Shown here piece after piece: positions 51,424-59,659 of a DNA stretch of 64,000 nucleotides. Both the position numbers and the translations under genes were made by a program. How positions within the stretch are numbered: the first letter of the stretch is position 1; every line of letters begins with the position of its first letter. Origin of the DNA: Acidimicrobiales bacterium (lineage in GTDB: Bacteria > Actinomycetota > Acidimicrobiia > Acidimicrobiales > Aldehydirespiratoraceae); assembly GCA_033344915.1 (NCBI GenBank), contig JAWPML010000001.1, positions 1,048,369 to 1,112,368 of the forward strand, in the 5' to 3' direction. The notes under the pieces were generated by a model. The model was given only the letters and a program-made list of their open reading frames with translations. It did not search any database and was not told the DNA's origin.

Positions 51424-52843
51424 CCCGCGCGGCGTCCGCCGCGACCACCGTTCCCGCGAAGAAGTCCGGATTGCCGGCGGTGAAGAGGCGGACCGGGTCG
51501 TCGAACACGAAGGCGCGGAAGTCGTCGGCGTCGAGAAGACCGTCCTCCACCAACTCGAACGCTTCGGGGAGGACGCCGGTGAAGTCGGGCACGTCCCAAT
51601 GGCCGATGTCGCTCGCGAAGATCGCCCGCAGCCGAACCCCCGCGGGCACGAGGTGGCGCTGGTAGGCGAGTGCGTTCATCGGGTCGTCCGCCTCACACCC
51701 GAAGTAGAACCGGTCGCGGAACAGTTCGATGATGTCGTCCGGTGATCGGATCCCGCTCTCCGCCCACTCGTCGAGCGTGTCCTGGTCCTCGTCCGGATCG
51801 GAGAGCATCTGGAGCGCATAGTCCAGCCGCTCGATCCGGCTCGTGACCTCGTCGGCCCCGTGGGCGGCCAGGAGGCGCTCGAGATCCGTTCGGTCGAGGG
51901 CGGCGGGGTTGTAGTGCTGGATCGCCTCGCCGTTGCGCTTCTCGTAGTGCCCGAGCGCGTCACCGAGGAAGTTCGCGCCCCAGGCGACGCCACCTTCGAG
52001 AAACGCCCACCGCAGGTCCGGAAAGCGCATCGGGGCCCCGCCCAGGAGCAGTGAGCGCAGGGCGGCCTCGCCGGCGGCGGCGAAGTTGCCGATGTGGTTG
52101 TGGACGTAGTTGGTCCGTGACATACGAGAGCCCCAGCCCTGGCCGCCGGCGTGAAACGTCGGGCAGACACCGAGCTCCGCACACCGTTTCCACACGGGGT
52201 CGTAGTCGTACGCACTGTCGTGGCCGACGCCGTTCATGTAGCGCGCCCCGCGGATGTTCTCGGCTCCCGGCAGCGGGCGCGGGATGACGCCGGCGAGCAT
52301 CACCGCCTTGAGTCCGAGCTCGCCGACCGCGTGGTCGAGTTCGTCGATGGCCTCCTCCGGGGTGAACATCGGGATCGCGGCGACCGGGATCAGCCGGTCG
52401 CCGACATCGGCGTGGGCCTGCGCCATGTAGATGTTGAACGCCCGCGCCATCGCTTGGCGCAGCTCGTCGTCCGCGAACGCCGTCACCGTGAGCCCGTAGG
52501 TGGGGTAGAGCACCGCGACGTCGATCCCGAGTTCGTCGAGTCGGGAGCGGAGCAACCGCGGCAGCATCGCCGTCGCCCGATCGAGGGTGTTGCGGGCGGG
52601 CACGGCCCACCAGGCGGTCCGGGTCACGCCGGCCTGTCGCCGCAGCTCGGTGGGGACCTGGCGAACGACCGGAGCGGAGCCGACCATCTGGTCGAACCGG
52701 CCGGCCACGTCCTCGCCCGCGATGTCGACGACGAGATCGCGGACCCACGGCAGGTACTCGATCACGTGGCCGTCGGTGTCGATGACGGGATGGTCGAGCT
52801 GGTCGCGGATCGCCTGCACGGCGTCGCCCGGCGAGGCGGTCAT
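51413..52843 (-). CDS. amidohydrolase-2 (metal-dependent TIM-barrel hydrolase/decarboxylase) family protein
   Basis: PVIDTDGHVIEY... (HxH-like entry motif), GIDVAVLYPT, IPMFTPEEAI.EL.HAV.ELG.KAVML.G, DPVW..CAELGV.PTFH, and ASDIGHWD near the C-terminus. Confidence 0.78.
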   Translation of the reverse strand: MTASPGDAVQAIRDQLDHPVIDTDGHVIEYLPWVRDLVVDIAGEDVAGRFDQMVGSAPVVRQVPTELRRQAGVTRTAWWAVPARNTLDRATAMLPRLLRSRLDELGIDVAVLYPTYGLTVTAFADDELRQAMARAFNIYMAQAHADVGDRLIPVAAIPMFTPEEAIDELDHAVGELGLKAVMLAGVIPRPLPGAENIRGARYMNGVGHDSAYDYDPVWKRCAELGVCPTFHAGGQGWGSRMSRTNYVHNHIGNFAAAGEAALRSLLLGGAPMRFPDLRWAFLEGGVAWGANFLGDALGHYEKRNGEAIQHYNPAALDRTDLERLLAAHGADEVTSRIERLDYALQMLSDPDEDQDTLDEWAESGIRSPDDIIELFRDRFYFGCEADDPMNALAYQRHLVPAGVRLRAIFASDIGHWDVPDFTGVLPEAFELVEDGLLDADDFRAFVFDDPVRLFTAGNPDFFAGTVVAADAARVTT

Positions 52844-53868
52844 GTGAGCTCGCTCGTGAGGAGCGTGTGAACCCGGATCGGCTCGTCGAATCCCTTGAGC
52901 ATCCGGCGGCCGGCGGCCTCGCTCGCGACGACCTGGGCGACCGCGTCGTCGACGAGCACCTCGCCCGGCACGGCCGCGTCGGTGAGTCGGGCGGCGAGGT
53001 TCACCACGGGGCCGAAGTAGTCGCCATGGATGTTGATCAGCTCGCCGAAGGCCAGGCCGCCACGGGGAACGACGCCGTCGTCGTCGAGTGACGCGATCAT
53101 GCCGCTCACGAACCGCGCCGCGTCGGCGGGGTCGACGGCGACGATCATGACCTCGTCGCCGATCAGTTTCACGATCCGGGCGCGATGGTCATGGGCGAGC
53201 TCATGGGCGCGGGACTCGAATGCCTTCACGAATACGACCAGCTCCTCCACGTCGAGCTCCTGGCTGAGCGAGGTGAAGCCGACGAGGTCGAGGAACCCGA
53301 CGGCGAGGGTGACCTGCTCTCGGTGCGTTGAGCTCTGGGTCCGCCGTTGGACCTGGGCGGTCTGGCGGAGGTGGTGGCGGAAGGCGGCGGCGAGGAGTTG
53401 ACTCAGCTCGAGGCCGAGTTCGGCGATGTAGGCGTTGAGGCGGGCGTTCTCGACATAGTTCGCGGTACGCCGCTCCGGGCCCTGCACATGACCGGCAACC
53501 GAGGCTTCCGCGATGCTGGACAGCGCGGTACCCGCGACGTGGAGGATCTCGCGGCCTTCCGCTTCGTTGAACACGTCGGCGACTGCGGTCGCCAGGAATC
53601 GTGCGAGGTCGACGTCCTCCCTACAGAACATCACGGCGTCGGGGTCGTGGACGATGATGCCGAGGTGACGGAAGCCGTCGGCGACGTCGGCGACCTCCTG
53701 GCCGAGCTCGGTGGCGAGCTGGCGGAGGGAGAACTCGTCGTCGCGGGCGATCACGACGTCCGACGCCATCGCGGAGGCATCAGCGAGGCTCTCGGGCACC
53801 TCGGCCTCGGGTACGCCCAGCTCGCCGAGTACCTCGATCATCTCCCGGCGTTGGTCGGCCTCGCTCAT
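52840..53868 (-). CDS. class III adenylate/guanylate cyclase with an uncharacterised N-terminal domain
   Basis: The C-terminal catalytic domain is VTLAVGFLDLVGFTSLSQ..........F.........H..RIVKLIGDEVMIV.......A........L...........GLAFGE.I...GDYFGPVVNLAARL. The start is at ATG 53868 (MSEADQRREMIE); the track ORF has 69 spurious upstream codons. Its stop overlaps the amidohydrolase ATG (ATGA at 52840-52843). Confidence 0.8.
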   Translation of the reverse strand: MSEADQRREMIEVLGELGVPEAEVPESLADASAMASDVVIARDDEFSLRQLATELGQEVADVADGFRHLGIIVHDPDAVMFCREDVDLARFLATAVADVFNEAEGREILHVAGTALSSIAEASVAGHVQGPERRTANYVENARLNAYIAELGLELSQLLAAAFRHHLRQTAQVQRRTQSSTHREQVTLAVGFLDLVGFTSLSQELDVEELVVFVKAFESRAHELAHDHRARIVKLIGDEVMIVAVDPADAARFVSGMIASLDDDGVVPRGGLAFGELINIHGDYFGPVVNLAARLTDAAVPGEVLVDDAVAQVVASEAAGRRMLKGFDEPIRVHTLLTSELT

Positions 53869-54092
53869 CGGCACGACGGTACTCGTCCGCCCGGCGCCCC
53901 CGCGTACCGACGTTCCCTCAACCTCGCGCCGGGCGCGCCGATGGAGAGGGAACAACCCCTCCAGGTTGACTGCGCCGCCGGATCCGATCTCCTTCGGGCC
54001 GGCGGCGCAACGTCGTTCCGGGGACAGGGAACGAGCGCTTGCCCAGCAACCCGGACTCGCTCGGCGGCGACGCATCGGCTGTACTCGCGCCC

Positions 54093-54974
54093 ATGACGTG
54101 GAACATCGAAGGCAAGCGGGTGCTGGTCACGGGCGGCACCACCGGCATCGGCCGGGCGACCGTGGCGGCGCTCGCCGCGGGCGGTGCCGAGGTCGTGTTC
54201 ACCGCCCGCAAGCCCGCGGCCGGCGACGAGGTGGTCGCCGAGGTCGAGGCGGGCTCGCCGGACGCGGTCGTCAGCCATCGTCGGCTCGATCTCGACGATC
54301 TGGCCGCGGTCCGTGCCTTCGCCACGCAGTTCGCCGCCGACTTCGATCGGCTGGACGTGCTCATCAACAATGCGGGTGTCGTCCTGACCGAGCGTCGCCT
54401 CACCGCCGACGGCCACGAGTTCACGTTCGGGGTGAACCACCTCGGCCACTTCCAGCTCGTGCAGTCGCTGCTCCCGTTGCTGGAGGCCTCGGCGCCGGCG
54501 CGGATCGTGATCGTGGCGTCCGACGCGCATCAGTTCACCAAGGGGCTGGACTTCGACGACCTGATGGCTTCCTCGGGCCGGTTCGGTGCCGCCCGGGGGA
54601 TGGCGGTCTACTCCCGCTCCAAGCTGGCCAACATGCTGCACACCCACGAGCTCGCGAAGCGGTTGCCTGCCGATCGGGTGACCGTGAACTGCGTGCACCC
54701 CGGCGCGGTGCGGACGAGGCTGGGACGCGACACCGAGGCATCACGGCTGAGCAATGTCGTGTGGCCGCTGGTGAACCGGTTCTTCCTGACGCCGGAGAAG
54801 GGCGCCCGCACGTCCGTCTGGGCGGCGACCGATCCCGAGCTCGAGGGCGTCACCGGCGAGTACTTCGTCAAGTCCCGGATCAAGAAGCCCCGCAAGACCG
54901 CGCGAGACGACGCGGCGGCCGCCCGCCTCTGGACGATCTCCGAAGACCTCGTCCGCGCTTCAACTGGGGTCTGA
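54093..54974 (+). CDS. SDR family oxidoreductase (retinol-dehydrogenase-like)
   Basis: GKRVLVTGGTTGIGRAT...LINNAGV....FGVNHLGHF.L...LLP.L..S.PARIV.V.S.AH.......YSRSKLAN. Confidence 0.9.
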   Translation: MTWNIEGKRVLVTGGTTGIGRATVAALAAGGAEVVFTARKPAAGDEVVAEVEAGSPDAVVSHRRLDLDDLAAVRAFATQFAADFDRLDVLINNAGVVLTERRLTADGHEFTFGVNHLGHFQLVQSLLPLLEASAPARIVIVASDAHQFTKGLDFDDLMASSGRFGAARGMAVYSRSKLANMLHTHELAKRLPADRVTVNCVHPGAVRTRLGRDTEASRLSNVVWPLVNRFFLTPEKGARTSVWAATDPELEGVTGEYFVKSRIKKPRKTARDDAAAARLWTISEDLVRASTGV

Positions 54975-55000
54975 CCCCCGCTTCTCCCGAGGCGCTCGGG

Positions 55001-56233
55001 CTAGTCCGCCGACTTCTGGGTGCCGACCTTCAGGTCCTTGAAGGGCACACCCTTGTCGACGCTGATGTCGCGGGGGAGACCCAGCACGCGGTCACCGATG
55101 ATGTTCTTCTGGATCTCGTTGGTGCCGCCGGCGATGCCGCCCTGGAGGCCGGTGAGCGCGGCACGTTGCCAACCGCCGCCGTGGTCGCCTTCCCAGGCGA
55201 CGCCGGATGCGCCGACGATCTCCATCGAGACGTCACGCACCTCGTTCATGATGAGCGTGCTGAAGAGCTTGCCGATCGAACCGCCGGGGCCGGGCGTCTT
55301 GCCTGCCTGCATCTCGGCGCGGGTCCGCATGGAGACCATGGAGTGGCAGGTCTCCTTGATGTAGATCTTCATCAGCTTCTGGCGGAGGGTGGGGTTGTCG
55401 ATGAGGCCACGCTTCTTCGCCTCCTCGATGAGCGAGTCGGCCCGCTCGTGCTTGATGCCGGCGGTCGCGCCCGAGCCGATCGCGACCCGTTCGTACATGA
55501 GCATCGCGGTGGCCATGTTCCAGCCGTTGTTGAGATCGCCGAGGAGATTCTCGGCCGGAATGCTCACGTCGGTGAAGAAGATCTCGTTGAAGTGGCTGCC
55601 GCCGTCGATCTGGTGGATCGGACGGACCTCGACGCCCTCGGCGTCCATCGGCACGATGAACATCGAGATGCCGGCGTGCTTGGGAACCTCCGGGTCGGTC
55701 CGGGCGATGACGACGCCGTAGTCGCTGACGTGCGCGAGGGTGGTCCACACCTTCTGGCCGTTGAGGACCCACGTGTCGCCGTCGCGCACCGCTCTCGTCT
55801 GCAGGGAAGCGACGTCGGAGCCCGCGCCCGGCTCGGAGAACATCTGGCACCAGATCTTGTCGCCGGAAATGTTGTCGGCGAGGTAGGCGCGCTTCTGGTC
55901 GTCGGTTCCGTACTCGGCGAGCATCGGCAAACACATGCCGTGGGAGATCGTGAACTCGAACGTCATGTTCGGGTAGTTGGCGTATTCCTCACGCCACCAG
56001 CGCTCGTGGTCCTTCGTGAGCCCGGCGCCGCCGAACTCCTTCGGGTAGGTGAGGCCGGCGAGCCCGGCCTCGTAGAGCGCGGACTGGAACGCCTTGCCGG
56101 CTGCGAGCCGCTTGAGGCCGCCCGAATCGCCGTCGCCGTCGAGCTGGATCCCGGTGGCGTGCTCGTTCAGGAACTCCCGGCATCGGGCACGGAACTCCTC
56201 TTCGGTCAGGTCGGCAATGGCGGCGTCGGACAT
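55001..56233 (-). CDS. acyl-CoA dehydrogenase
   Basis: 410 aa: GTDDQKRAYL, WCQMFSEPGAGSD.ASL.T.A...GD.WVLNGQKVWTT, and the C-terminal ...GGTNEIQKNIIGDRVLGLP. Confidence 0.93.
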   Translation of the reverse strand: MSDAAIADLTEEEFRARCREFLNEHATGIQLDGDGDSGGLKRLAAGKAFQSALYEAGLAGLTYPKEFGGAGLTKDHERWWREEYANYPNMTFEFTISHGMCLPMLAEYGTDDQKRAYLADNISGDKIWCQMFSEPGAGSDVASLQTRAVRDGDTWVLNGQKVWTTLAHVSDYGVVIARTDPEVPKHAGISMFIVPMDAEGVEVRPIHQIDGGSHFNEIFFTDVSIPAENLLGDLNNGWNMATAMLMYERVAIGSGATAGIKHERADSLIEEAKKRGLIDNPTLRQKLMKIYIKETCHSMVSMRTRAEMQAGKTPGPGGSIGKLFSTLIMNEVRDVSMEIVGASGVAWEGDHGGGWQRAALTGLQGGIAGGTNEIQKNIIGDRVLGLPRDISVDKGVPFKDLKVGTQKSAD

Positions 56234-56354
56234 CTCGTCTCCACGGAAGTTAGCGATCGTTCACCACGCTATCCGCAGGTGTCGGAGCGGGGCGAGTCCG
56301 CGTCACGGGTGATCCCCGAGTGAAAGACTTCGGTCAGCGACGAAAGGGGATCTC

Positions 56355-56807
56355 ATGGAGATCGTGCTACTACTCGGAAGAATTGTGTTCTCGGTCATCT
56401 TCATCGGCAGCGGGATCGGCCAGTTGGCCGACGAGGAGAGCACCACGGCGACAGCCGCGGGGGCCGGCCTCCCCAACGCCAAGCTGATGGGTCAGATCAG
56501 TGGGGTCTGCTTCGGGCTCGGCGGCATCGCCATCGCGCTCGGCATCTTCACCGATCTCGCCTTCCTCCTGACGGGCGTGCTGGTGATGATCGCGGCCTTC
56601 ACGGTCCATCCGTTCTGGAAAATGGAGGGCGAGGCGCAGATGATGCAGATGCCGAACTTCATGAAGAACCTGACGATCTTCGGTGGCTGTCTGATGGGCT
56701 TCGCGTTCTACTCGACCTTCGGCGCCTACGAAGGGTTCGCCGACGGATACCAGATCGTCGGCTCGCTCTTCGAGTTCGACTTCAACGACGTCATCAAGGC
56801 GCCGTAG
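56355..56807 (+). CDS. DoxX-family membrane protein
   Basis: 150 aa with 4 hydrophobic spans: LLLGRIVFSVIFIGSGIGQL, GG.AIALGIFT, AAFTVHPFW, KNLTIFGG.L. Confidence 0.72.
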   Translation: MEIVLLLGRIVFSVIFIGSGIGQLADEESTTATAAGAGLPNAKLMGQISGVCFGLGGIAIALGIFTDLAFLLTGVLVMIAAFTVHPFWKMEGEAQMMQMPNFMKNLTIFGGCLMGFAFYSTFGAYEGFADGYQIVGSLFEFDFNDVIKAP

Positions 56808-56812
56808 CCGGC

Positions 56813-57958
56813 TCAGCTCTCGGCGCCGTCGCCGCACTCGGTGCAGTGGACGTCGCCGGGGGCGCCACCCTCGACGAACTCGGTGAGCCAGTCGATGAAC
56901 GCGACGCCTTCCACGGTCTCGGTGTAGACGTCCGGCCGTCCCAGAATCGTGTGGGAGTCGCCCGGCGCGACATAGACCTGGAGGTCGACCCCGTCGTCCT
57001 CGACGAGCGCCTCGTTGAAGTCGAGGACCTCCAGGAGGCCCCCTTCGAGTCCCGCCATCGCGGAGAAGCTGACCTGCACGTTGTCGAACGCGTTGTCGAA
57101 GCGGGCCATGCGTAGATCCGGATCGTGGACGCCGGCGAACCGGAAGAGATCGGGGATGCCCCACTCCTCGGGCGCGATGTCGGCGACGACCGGCCAGTCT
57201 GGGATGTTGTTCGTCGAGCCCCAGAGGTTGCCGATGAACTGATTCTGCAGCGGACTCGTGGCGTAGCCGCCCGACGCATCGGCGAGCACCGCGATGTCCG
57301 TCCCCTCACTCATGCGATCCGACGCGAGTCCGCCGAACAGGGGAGCGGGCACACCGCCGGCGCTCGAGCCGGTCACGAGGAGCTGCGACGCGTCGCCGTA
57401 GTTCTCGACGACGTGGTCGAGGCCGTGCATCGCATTCTCGAACCCGTTGTGCTCGATTGTGAGCTCGCCGTAGGTGGTGGTCGCGTCGCCCAGGAACACA
57501 TCGCCCGAGCAGTAGGGCACGAACACGACCGTCCAATCGGCCAGCGGATTGAGGGGGTTGTCGTAGTCGAAGATGCCGTTGCCGTCGTCGCCCGGGTGAT
57601 CGTCCTCACCGGTGGTCACCTTGTAGGTGCCGTTCTCGAAGTCACACATCTGCTCGGTGAAGCAGGCGCCGCCACCCTGGAAGTAGAGCATCACCTTGTC
57701 GGGGTCCGCCGCCCGGGTGTGGATGTAGTACTCGCTGCCGTCGGCACACATGCACTCCGGCCCGGCGAGGTGCGACACCCACTCCGGGGCCGGTGCCTCG
57801 GTCGTACTGGTCGTCGCCGGTGCCTCGGTGGTGCTCGTCGTTGCCGGTGCCTCGGTGGTGGTCGTCGTCGGGTCCGCGGCTTCGTTCGCGTCGTCACCGC
57901 ACGCGGCGGCGAACAGGGCGAGGACTCCGAGCAGGGCAACGATGCGGCGACGGTTCAT
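56813..57958 (-). CDS. lipoprotein, pectin-acetylesterase/Notum-like hydrolase family, with a Thr-rich repeat linker
   Basis: MNRRRIVALLGVLALFAAACGDD (signal plus lipobox-like Cys), the linker TTTTTEAPATTSTTEAPATTSTTEAPA, then VMLYFQGGGACF...VFVPYCSGDVFLGD...LLVTGSSAGG (PAE-like motifs, recalled from memory). Confidence 0.68.
   Translation of the reverse strand: MNRRRIVALLGVLALFAAACGDDANEAADPTTTTTEAPATTSTTEAPATTSTTEAPAPEWVSHLAGPECMCADGSEYYIHTRAADPDKVMLYFQGGGACFTEQMCDFENGTYKVTTGEDDHPGDDGNGIFDYDNPLNPLADWTVVFVPYCSGDVFLGDATTTYGELTIEHNGFENAMHGLDHVVENYGDASQLLVTGSSAGGVPAPLFGGLASDRMSEGTDIAVLADASGGYATSPLQNQFIGNLWGSTNNIPDWPVVADIAPEEWGIPDLFRFAGVHDPDLRMARFDNAFDNVQVSFSAMAGLEGGLLEVLDFNEALVEDDGVDLQVYVAPGDSHTILGRPDVYTETVEGVAFIDWLTEFVEGGAPGDVHCTECGDGAES
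57790..57870. repeat. 3 x 27-bp in-frame tandem repeat inside the lipoprotein gene
   Basis: The units are CCGGTGCCTCGGTCGTACTGGTCGTCG, CCGGTGCCTCGGTGGTGCTCGTCGTTG and CCGGTGCCTCGGTGGTGGTCGTCGTCG (plus-strand reading). They encode the (T/S)TTEAPATT repeats on the minus strand. Confidence 0.9.
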
Positions 57959-58009
57959 GGCAGGTCTCCCGGTTGACGGCCTGACCGTAGCGAGCGGCCG
58001 CGCGGCGCG

Positions 58010-59617
58010 TCACGCCGGGAAGACGGGCTCCGGGAACTGGTTCCACCAGTTGAGGACCTGACGCCGCGTGACGTAGCCGATCGGTTCGTAGGGGTTCGGC
58101 ACGAGGCCGTCGTCGACGAGCACCTCGAGTTCGCCCCGGCTCGCCGTGAGGAGGTCCTGGTCGATCGCGCAGGTGATGCCCTCGGGATCGAGGCCGAACA
58201 GTCCGGCCGCGTTGAGTCCGAAGACCTTCGCCTTGAGCTCGTCCGTGAGCGCGGGGTAGTGGTGGGTCTCCTGGAACGCCTCGGTGATCTGGAACGCCCG
58301 GAACGCCTCGATCTGACGCTGCGGCGAGCCGAGCCAGATGGCGTCGGTGCCCCACATCACACGGTCGGCGCCGACCCGGGTGAGCAGCTTGCCCAGCAGG
58401 TGGGCCGCCTCGGTGGGGTCGCCCATCACCTCTCGCCACGCCGTGCCGAGCTCGCACCACACGTTCGTGTTGGGCTCGATGCCATGGTCGTCCATCGCCT
58501 TGACCAGCGAGTTCACCCCGGTGGTGGCCCGGTTCGGGTCATAGGCACGCTCCACCGTCTGGGTTTCGTAGGCCGAGTGGTAGATCACGAAGTTCATGTC
58601 CGGATACAGGGAGGCCGCGGCGCAGAGGTCGTCCGGCCCGTTGAACCGGCGATCGAACTCCTGGAGGGGCAGCCCCTTGTGGCCGCACAGGGTGGTGACG
58701 CCGAGGTCACGCATGTGATCGATGACCGGGAGCCCGATCTCGGGGTCGACCATCGAGTAGCCCTGGTTCTGCGGACCCCACGCGGTGTACACCTTGAACG
58801 CCGCGACCCGGCCGGTGTCGGCCGTGCGGGTCATGCCGTCCAGTCGGCTCGACAGGTCCCCGAAGTTCGGTGCGATCACGTCGTGGATGAGCACGCGGGA
58901 CTGGCCGGCGACGGTGATGGCTTCCATGAGTTCCGCGGTGCCGACCTTGTCGTCGAAGGGGAGCGGCGCGTCGAGCGGCCCGGAGTTGGGGACGTCGGTG
59001 AGCAGGGCGAACGTGGTGTCGCTGCCCAGGAACATGTTCGTGATGTAGCTGACGCGGTTGAGGCATTCGTGGCCGTCGCCCTCACCACAGCCGGACGGCA
59101 CGAGCCGGTTGATCATCAACTCGATGCGGTCGGCGTTGTCGCGCCACACGCCCTCGGGCATCACGTGGTGGGTGTGGACGTCGAAGATGAACTCGCCGCG
59201 ATCGCCGAGCTCGATGGCGCAGGCCTCCTCGTCCTCCGGTTCGGGCACGACGTACTCGCCGCCCGGGTCGCCGAGGGTGGTCGGTGGTGCGGTGGTCGAG
59301 GTGCTCGTCGTGGACGTGGAGGTGGTGGACGTGGTCGTGGTCGGTCCGGCGGACGCGTCGTCGCCGCTCGCGCAGGCGTTCAGCACGGCGAGGGAGGCCG
59401 CCATGGCCCCGGTCGAGCGCAGGAACCGCCGCCGGTCGACGCCCGTGCGGTCCGCGGCCTGCTCGATGCGGCTCAGCATCTGTCGCGCGATGGCCTGCTG
59501 GCGCGGCGTGGTGGGCTCGGGGAGGAACTCGCCGTTGGAGAGCGAACCGGGCCAGACCGGGAGGGCGGGGGGCCGATCCGGTTGTCGATCCCGGGCCCGT
59601 CGCCACTGGCTCGTCAT
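58010..59617 (-). CDS. Tat-signal lipoprotein, amidohydrolase (metal-dependent TIM-barrel) family, with a Thr/Ser-rich linker
   Basis: VDRRRFLRSTGAMAASLAVLNACASGDD (twin-Arg plus lipobox), the linker PTTTTSTTSTSTTSTSTTAPPTT, then FIFDVHTHHV... and WGTDAIW near the C-terminus. The start may instead be the in-frame ATG at 59479 (MLSRIEQ...), which gives a normal-length Tat signal. Confidence 0.75.
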   Translation of the reverse strand: MTSQWRRARDRQPDRPPALPVWPGSLSNGEFLPEPTTPRQQAIARQMLSRIEQAADRTGVDRRRFLRSTGAMAASLAVLNACASGDDASAGPTTTTSTTSTSTTSTSTTAPPTTLGDPGGEYVVPEPEDEEACAIELGDRGEFIFDVHTHHVMPEGVWRDNADRIELMINRLVPSGCGEGDGHECLNRVSYITNMFLGSDTTFALLTDVPNSGPLDAPLPFDDKVGTAELMEAITVAGQSRVLIHDVIAPNFGDLSSRLDGMTRTADTGRVAAFKVYTAWGPQNQGYSMVDPEIGLPVIDHMRDLGVTTLCGHKGLPLQEFDRRFNGPDDLCAAASLYPDMNFVIYHSAYETQTVERAYDPNRATTGVNSLVKAMDDHGIEPNTNVWCELGTAWREVMGDPTEAAHLLGKLLTRVGADRVMWGTDAIWLGSPQRQIEAFRAFQITEAFQETHHYPALTDELKAKVFGLNAAGLFGLDPEGITCAIDQDLLTASRGELEVLVDDGLVPNPYEPIGYVTRRQVLNWWNQFPEPVFPA

Positions 59618-59659
59618 GGTCGGAGGCTAGGGCACCGGCGCGGTCGCACACCGGCAGCG

